The position numbers and the translations under genes were made by a program. From an uncultured Bacteroidales bacterium (GTDB lineage Bacteria > Bacteroidota > Bacteroidia > Bacteroidales > UBA932): a DNA stretch of 64,000 bases. The notes under the pieces were generated by a model that worked only from the letters and a program-made list of their open reading frames with translations, did no database searches and was not told where the DNA came from. Each line of letters begins with the position of its first letter. Position 1 is the first letter of the stretch. Positions 59,819-64,000 of this stretch are shown here, one piece after another. The stretch covers positions 1,861 through 65,860 of the forward strand of contig ONLD01000002.1 in the NCBI GenBank assembly GCA_900318565.1, read 5' to 3'.

Positions 59819-60149
59819 TCCCTGCCCCCTCGGGATCTATTAAACAAAAAAAGTGTGGAGCAATTCGTTTATCTGGATAGAGGCTCTGGTAAGCCCACGA
59901 ACAAATAAACGATACTCCACACCAATTATGGCGATGTGCAGATAGCACAAAGCACCACGACAGGTGATGGGAGTGATCAGCTTATCCTCGTTCTTGTTGA
60001 AATTTACCAGATTTCTATCCAAGGATAAAAGCGAAAACACTTTCATCAGTATGTAATGTCCCGAAGGACAACTACAAATATAAGAAATGTTTTTGACAAT
60101 TAAACCGTAACCCCGTCCACTTTCCGCATTGGATTCCGCCTAAGATAGG

Positions 60150-60284
60150 GACCTTTGCCTCAAAGAAAGGGATACGACAACGCCCCCTCAAGACCCGGTC
60201 AAGGGTCAGTCCGCAGCGGCAGCCGCTGCCCATAGGTGAGCATCCGCCAGATCCATTCGACGGGCCCGAAGCGGAAATGACGCA
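60150..60284. repeat. 135-bp direct repeat, copy 1 (orphan duplicate of the 3' end of the DUF418 gene plus 48 bp downstream)
   Basis: Identical to 62184-62318 except for 4 mismatches, counted by eye. Confidence 0.9.
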
Positions 60285-60405
60285 GAAGGACCTTGCCCGC
60301 AAGATGGGGCGGTCGGAAACTGCAATATCGCGGTGGATATCGGGCTTTCCCAACCTCACGCTGAAATCCATTGCCGAGATTTCCACTGCCCTTGGCGAAC
60401 CCCTA
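60277..60405 (+). pseudogene. XRE-family HTH fragment (N-terminally truncated)
   Basis: MTQKDLARKMGRSETAISRWISGFPNLTLKSIAEISTALGEPL covers helices 2-5 of an XRE HTH. The first helix is missing and the M-T-Q codons lie inside repeat copy 1. The remainder of the ORF is Arg-rich nonsense. Confidence 0.5.
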
Positions 60406-60510
60406 AGGCGGCGCCGGATTCTATTCCGACGCCGCCTTTGCTTTTTGGCTCTAGATCTTAAAATGGATCTTGAAAATGTAGTCTTTCTGGAGCCGTTCAA
60501 GGTTCGCAGG

Positions 60511-61818
60511 TCACATATTTCTCATAGATAACCCCACAAATGATATCGTCCAGTTCTTGTGGTGGTTGACGATGGAGGCTGCCTTTTCTTTGAGTTGTTG
60601 AAGGTTTATCTTTTCCGGATTGCGTTTGACCTCTCCAATGACAATCTCTTTTTCGGCTTCGTCTACGGCAATAAGGTCGATTTCATCCTTCCCGTCTTTC
60701 TTCCAGTAATTAGTGACCAGATTATACCGGCCTGTCTCAGAATACTTTTGGCGGAAATACCGCTCAAGGATGTCCCCTGAATATGTCTCATAGTCGCCAA
60801 GGACTTTCCCTTGCACCCATTCCAGATTGCCTACTTCTACTGCGCTCCTGTATCGATAGATGAAGCGGAACCAGAAATTCAGGAAATTGTCTGAGATGAC
60901 GTATTCCACACTTTTCGTATTCTCGCCAGCCAAATAGGGACGGCGACGGCTGATAATGTCAAAGTCGTTTTCCAACTTGTCCAGGTACCCGCCTGCTTCA
61001 ACACCGGTATAGCTTTTTATTTCGCCCCTCGAAGTCTCTCCCGTGGCGATGGCAGACAAGATGGAGAAATAGTTTCCGTAATCCTTGCCAAACTCATCTC
61101 GCAGCATTTCCTGTCCTTCGTCCAGGAAAAATGAACCGACAGAAAGAGCATCCTTGACGATCTCGTCTTTTGAGAATGCCCCGCGGGTCATGAGCAACTC
61201 CACGTATTTTGCCACGCCTCCGGTAATCATATAAAGTGCAAGAAGGTCCTCTTCTGAGTTTTGAGGGTTGAAATCATTCAGGATGATCTTCAGCGTTGCA
61301 AGGTTAAACGGCCGGATCTTAAGGCGGGCAGTCGCCCTGCCGTACAGAGGCTCGTCCTTGTCATCGAAGATCTTTTTCATCTTGGAGTAGATGGAGCCGC
61401 AGACAACGAAATTTATCCGGCTCTCTTCTTTATTGGCATCCCAAACGCTTTGAATATCCGAGAAAATGGAGTCCCTGGTATGAGTGAGGTTCTGGAATTC
61501 ATCCATCACCAAAGTGAAATTGCGGCGTTTTGATATGCTGAGAATTGCCCCCAACAGCCGGGGGAATGAAGTGAAACTGCCAAGATCTTCTCCCAGTTCT
61601 TCCCGAATGATATCTGAAAGTTCCTCGCACAAAAGAGCCTCGCTTTTCTTGCCGACAAAGAAATAGACAAAAGGAATCTTTGTGAAAGCTCTTTTGATGA
61701 GAGTGGTTTTGCCGATACGCCTTCGTCCGGTGATAACCGTCATTTGCGCATCGTGAGAGGAAATTTCTTCAACTTTCCGGAGCGCTTCCAGCTCCTGTTC
61801 TCTGTCGTAAAACTTCAT
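60511..61818 (-). CDS. AAA ATPase of the archaeal-ATPase/DUF234 type
   Basis: 435 aa. N-terminus: MKFYDREQELEALRKV. Walker A: ITGRRRIGKTTLI. Walker B: LVMDEFQ. The C-terminal DUF234-like region is DEIDLIAVDEAEKEIVIGEVK. Confidence 0.85.
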   Translation of the reverse strand: MKFYDREQELEALRKVEEISSHDAQMTVITGRRRIGKTTLIKRAFTKIPFVYFFVGKKSEALLCEELSDIIREELGEDLGSFTSFPRLLGAILSISKRRNFTLVMDEFQNLTHTRDSIFSDIQSVWDANKEESRINFVVCGSIYSKMKKIFDDKDEPLYGRATARLKIRPFNLATLKIILNDFNPQNSEEDLLALYMITGGVAKYVELLMTRGAFSKDEIVKDALSVGSFFLDEGQEMLRDEFGKDYGNYFSILSAIATGETSRGEIKSYTGVEAGGYLDKLENDFDIISRRRPYLAGENTKSVEYVISDNFLNFWFRFIYRYRSAVEVGNLEWVQGKVLGDYETYSGDILERYFRQKYSETGRYNLVTNYWKKDGKDEIDLIAVDEAEKEIVIGEVKRNPEKINLQQLKEKAASIVNHHKNWTISFVGLSMRNM

Positions 61819-61959
61819 AATTCTTTATTGTTTTGTAACAACTGTTACTGTAACACCGGTTACAATTTTTCGCAAATCTAAGAAATTTTTCTGAATAAAA
61901 AAGGTGCGGACGAGCATTGCTGCCGGACCGCACCTGGTGTTGATGATGGATATCGAATT

Positions 61960-62183
61960 TTACCAGTCCCAGATGGTGTTTGTCGTCCGTCCTTCTACGA
62001 TCTCCTCGCACTGCGCCGCAATGTCGAGGTTATCCTGAATGGTCGTGTAGCCGAGGACGGTCTTGAAATAATCGAACATCGCCTGCTCGCTTTTCCTGGC
62101 CCAGTGTTCGCCGTATTTGTCCTTTACCCTGTGTACCTGCTCCGGCTGGTCGATTCCGTACCAGAGGGCGACGCCGTATCTAT
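61960..62183 (-). pseudogene. C-terminal fragment of an unidentified gene, truncated at repeat copy 2
   Basis: The open frame ...YGVALWYGIDQPEQVHRVKDKYGEHWARKSEQAMFDYFKTVLGYTTIQDNLDIAAQCEEIVEGRTTNTIWDW* has no plausible start. Its upstream end runs into the 135-bp repeat. Confidence 0.35.
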
Positions 62184-62318
62184 ACCTTTGCCTCAAAGAA
62201 AGGGATACAACAACGCCCCCTCAAGACCCGGTCAAGGGTCAATCCGCAGCGGCAGCCGCTGCCCATAGGTGAGCATCCGCCAGACCCATTCGACGGGGCC
62301 GAAGCGGAAATGACGCAG
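62184..62318. repeat. 135-bp direct repeat, copy 2 (native 3' end of the DUF418 gene)
   Basis: See copy 1. Positions 62232-62318 encode the C-terminus ...LRHFRFGPVEWVWRMLTYGQRLPLRIDP*. Confidence 0.9.
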
Positions 62319-63398
62319 CCAAAGGAAGCTGAAGGCTACCTGAAGGGCATAGACTGCGAGGGCAATCAGTTCCGTCCCCAGAAGGCCCACCTGGTTTCCG
62401 AGACTGAAGCCGATGCCGTAGAAGAGGATAAATCCTATGACCGACTGAGAGAGGTAATTGGTGCAGGCCATCCTGCCGGGTCTTGACAGCAGCTTCCAGC
62501 CGGGTGCCTCCCCGCTACGTTCAAAAAGAAGGGCGAATCCGGCGGCGTAGGCAAAGCCCATCGGATAGACACTCAGAAGGTAGAAGGTCTCGTGTGCGAC
62601 TCTTCCCAAGGGGTGCCCTGACATCGAGCTCCAGGTGTAGACGGCACTCAGGGGAATCCCGAGAAGGAGTCCGTATGTAAAGATTCGCTTAAGAAGGAGA
62701 GCGTGTCCCTTGATATCAGCATATAGCCTTTCCCTCCCGGCGGCAAAGCCTATGAGAAAGAGTCCGAGGACCTTGAAGAAGCGGTGTCCTATGACAAACT
62801 CCCACATCCTTTCGACGCCTCCCTGGTGCAGGAACTGAAGCACCTCCCTGTAGCTTCCGGCATCGGAGAGCCAGGTGCCGAAGTTCGCCTGCGTGATGCC
62901 GTAGAGGGCACAGATACGCCACTGCTCCCTCTCGAGCGGATCTGCCGGAGCGGTCCCGAAAAGGGCGTCAAGAAAGATTGGAAGCAGGAGCAGCCCGCCT
63001 GCGCAAAGAAGGATTTTCTTTGTCGGAAGATTTCTGAAAAGCGGGAGCAGCATCCCGCAGACGGCATAGAGCATAAGGATATCCCCGCTCCAGAGAAGGC
63101 AAAGGTGCAGAAGGCCGATGACAAAAAGGACGGCCATCCTCCGGTAGAAGACGCAAAGCCGCCCGTCGGCACCCGCGAGCTGGATGCTGAACCCGATTCC
63201 GAAAAGAATGGAAAAAAGGGTATAGAACTTTCCGTCCACGAGGAACGTCTGCACAGCGCGGGTCACCTTGTCGGTAGCCGTCCAGGTGGCCGGGTCGGAG
63301 AAAGTCCACAGGGAGAACTCCGGGAAGTTCGCAAGGATGATTCCGAGGATGGCGAACCCACGTAGAGCGTCCAGTATGACATAGCGTGTTTTCTGCAT
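62232..63398 (-). CDS. DUF418-family (YeiB-like) membrane protein
   Basis: 388 aa. N-terminus: RYVILDALRGFAILGIILAN. About 9-10 TM segments. The C-terminal GPVEWVWR motif is typical of DUF418. Confidence 0.8.
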   Translation of the reverse strand: MQKTRYVILDALRGFAILGIILANFPEFSLWTFSDPATWTATDKVTRAVQTFLVDGKFYTLFSILFGIGFSIQLAGADGRLCVFYRRMAVLFVIGLLHLCLLWSGDILMLYAVCGMLLPLFRNLPTKKILLCAGGLLLLPIFLDALFGTAPADPLEREQWRICALYGITQANFGTWLSDAGSYREVLQFLHQGGVERMWEFVIGHRFFKVLGLFLIGFAAGRERLYADIKGHALLLKRIFTYGLLLGIPLSAVYTWSSMSGHPLGRVAHETFYLLSVYPMGFAYAAGFALLFERSGEAPGWKLLSRPGRMACTNYLSQSVIGFILFYGIGFSLGNQVGLLGTELIALAVYALQVAFSFLWLRHFRFGPVEWVWRMLTYGQRLPLRIDP

Positions 63399-63449
63399 TC
63401 AGAACGGATTAGGTATGCTGTACAGCCCACAGTTTTCTGCTGCTAATCG

Positions 63450-63457
63450 CAAATATA
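63450..63457 (-). promoter_or_regulatory. -7 box (TATATTTG on minus strand) upstream of the DUF418 gene
   Basis: The reverse complement of CAAATATA matches TAnnTTTG. It lies about 52 nt upstream of the ATG at 63398. Confidence 0.45.
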
Positions 63458-63717
63458 GCGTCTGTTTTTGAGTTGTGCAAGTGTACAAATCAATCAGGTA
63501 ACGCCGCCGGACTGTCCCCTGCCCTTGTCCCGAAAGATTACCAGATTCCTATCCAGGGACAGGGAATCCGATGCTCCGGCGGTGCGTTGCCTGCCACGGT
63601 CTGCCCGCTCTCCCATCAACGCACAAAGCGAGCCAGGCACGATATAACCTAACTCGCTTTGTGGGCTCCGAGCTCCACGGTACTCAGACTTGGCGTCCCT
63701 AAAGACAGTAGAGGAGT

Positions 63718-63990
63718 TCAGATTCTCACCGAACTGAGATCTTTCCCCATCGTCTCAATAGCTTTCATAATCTTGCGGGTGGTCTTCTCTCCGGGATAAG
63801 CAATCCCGCTTTTGTAGGCCCGCATCCGGCTTTCATTGATTCCGGCAAATTCAGCAAATTTGCTGATATTGATGTAATCAAAGAAATTGAAGAATGAGGG
63901 GATATCATATTTGAACGTGACATCTATCCCCTCCGTAGTTGCTGTCCCATCCGCCGCGGCTCCCTCCAAGGATTCTTTGACGCTTGACAT
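63718..63990 (-). CDS. Small HTH-containing protein (90 aa)
   Basis: The C-terminal half FAEFAGINESRMRAYKSGIAYPGEKTTRKIMKAIETMGKDL looks like a helix-turn-helix. The start codon is 10 nt from the window edge, so the upstream context is unseen. Confidence 0.5.
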   Translation of the reverse strand: MSSVKESLEGAAADGTATTEGIDVTFKYDIPSFFNFFDYINISKFAEFAGINESRMRAYKSGIAYPGEKTTRKIMKAIETMGKDLSSVRI

Positions 63991-64000
63991 AAAATCTTCC

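Noticed and set aside
58119-60140. A retron, CRISPR or other RNA-based system in the AT-rich block; also a 24-nt similarity between 59997-60020 and 63540-63563 (TTACCAGATTYCTATCCARGGA).
   Set aside because: There is no reverse transcriptase, no cas genes and no repeat-spacer structure. The 24-nt match has 3 mismatches, and I could fold no convincing flanking structure, so it may be chance or a minor remnant.
59840-60500. ORFs 59840-60046 (minus strand, 68 aa) and 60072-60500 (minus strand, 142 aa).
   Set aside because: The first lies in the AT-rich upstream region of the operon with no motif support. The second is an Arg-rich frame antisense to the XRE fragment that crosses the 135-bp repeat. 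Both are likely spurious.

Overview
64-kb Bacteroidales-type chromosomal window, judged from SusC/SusD genes, many lipoprotein signal peptides and TAnnTTTG -7 promoter boxes. Core genes are GC-rich: hand-sampled 60-nt lines gave about 47-68 % GC. Left end: rpoB (5' end outside the window) and rpoC. These are followed by about 600 bp of non-coding tandem and G-rich repeats and a decayed prolyl-oligopeptidase remnant. 9.2-30.6 kb: an ECF-sigma / FecR anti-sigma / SusC(STN) / SusD locus with no glycoside hydrolase that I can recognise in its cargo. The cargo instead holds four paralogous ComEC-like metallo-beta-lactamase (MBL) domains (two free-standing, two fused), a GLUG-repeat protein and FISUMP/DUF1566-like lectin-type domains. 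It also holds a shared fimbrillin-like N-terminal module and two tiny paralogous peptide ORFs. The locus runs with a 2-nt gap into UxuB-like SDR / uxuA / GH2 hexuronate genes. 35-47.7 kb: SPFH protein, metallophosphoesterase, RNase H, FAD oxidoreductase, Lrp fragment, sialate O-acetylesterase, Big_2 lipoprotein, split ChrA, xth, cysS, UPF0104 protein and histidine acid phosphatase. 47.8-64 kb: an IS110-family element and tRNA-Arg(UCU), then a mosaic accessory island. The island carries a serpin, a DUF3990/HTH pair, two AAA ATPases, several gene fragments, a 984-aa lipoprotein with a 555-bp internal duplication, and 135-bp direct repeats. It also contains a strikingly AT-rich orphan three-gene operon (58.4-59.8 kb), one product of which has a PD-(D/E)xK-like motif. 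My two best candidates for an undescribed system are (i) that AT-rich three-gene cassette and (ii) the CAZyme-less MBL-rich Sus-like locus. All family assignments come from motif recognition by eye; no database search was possible.
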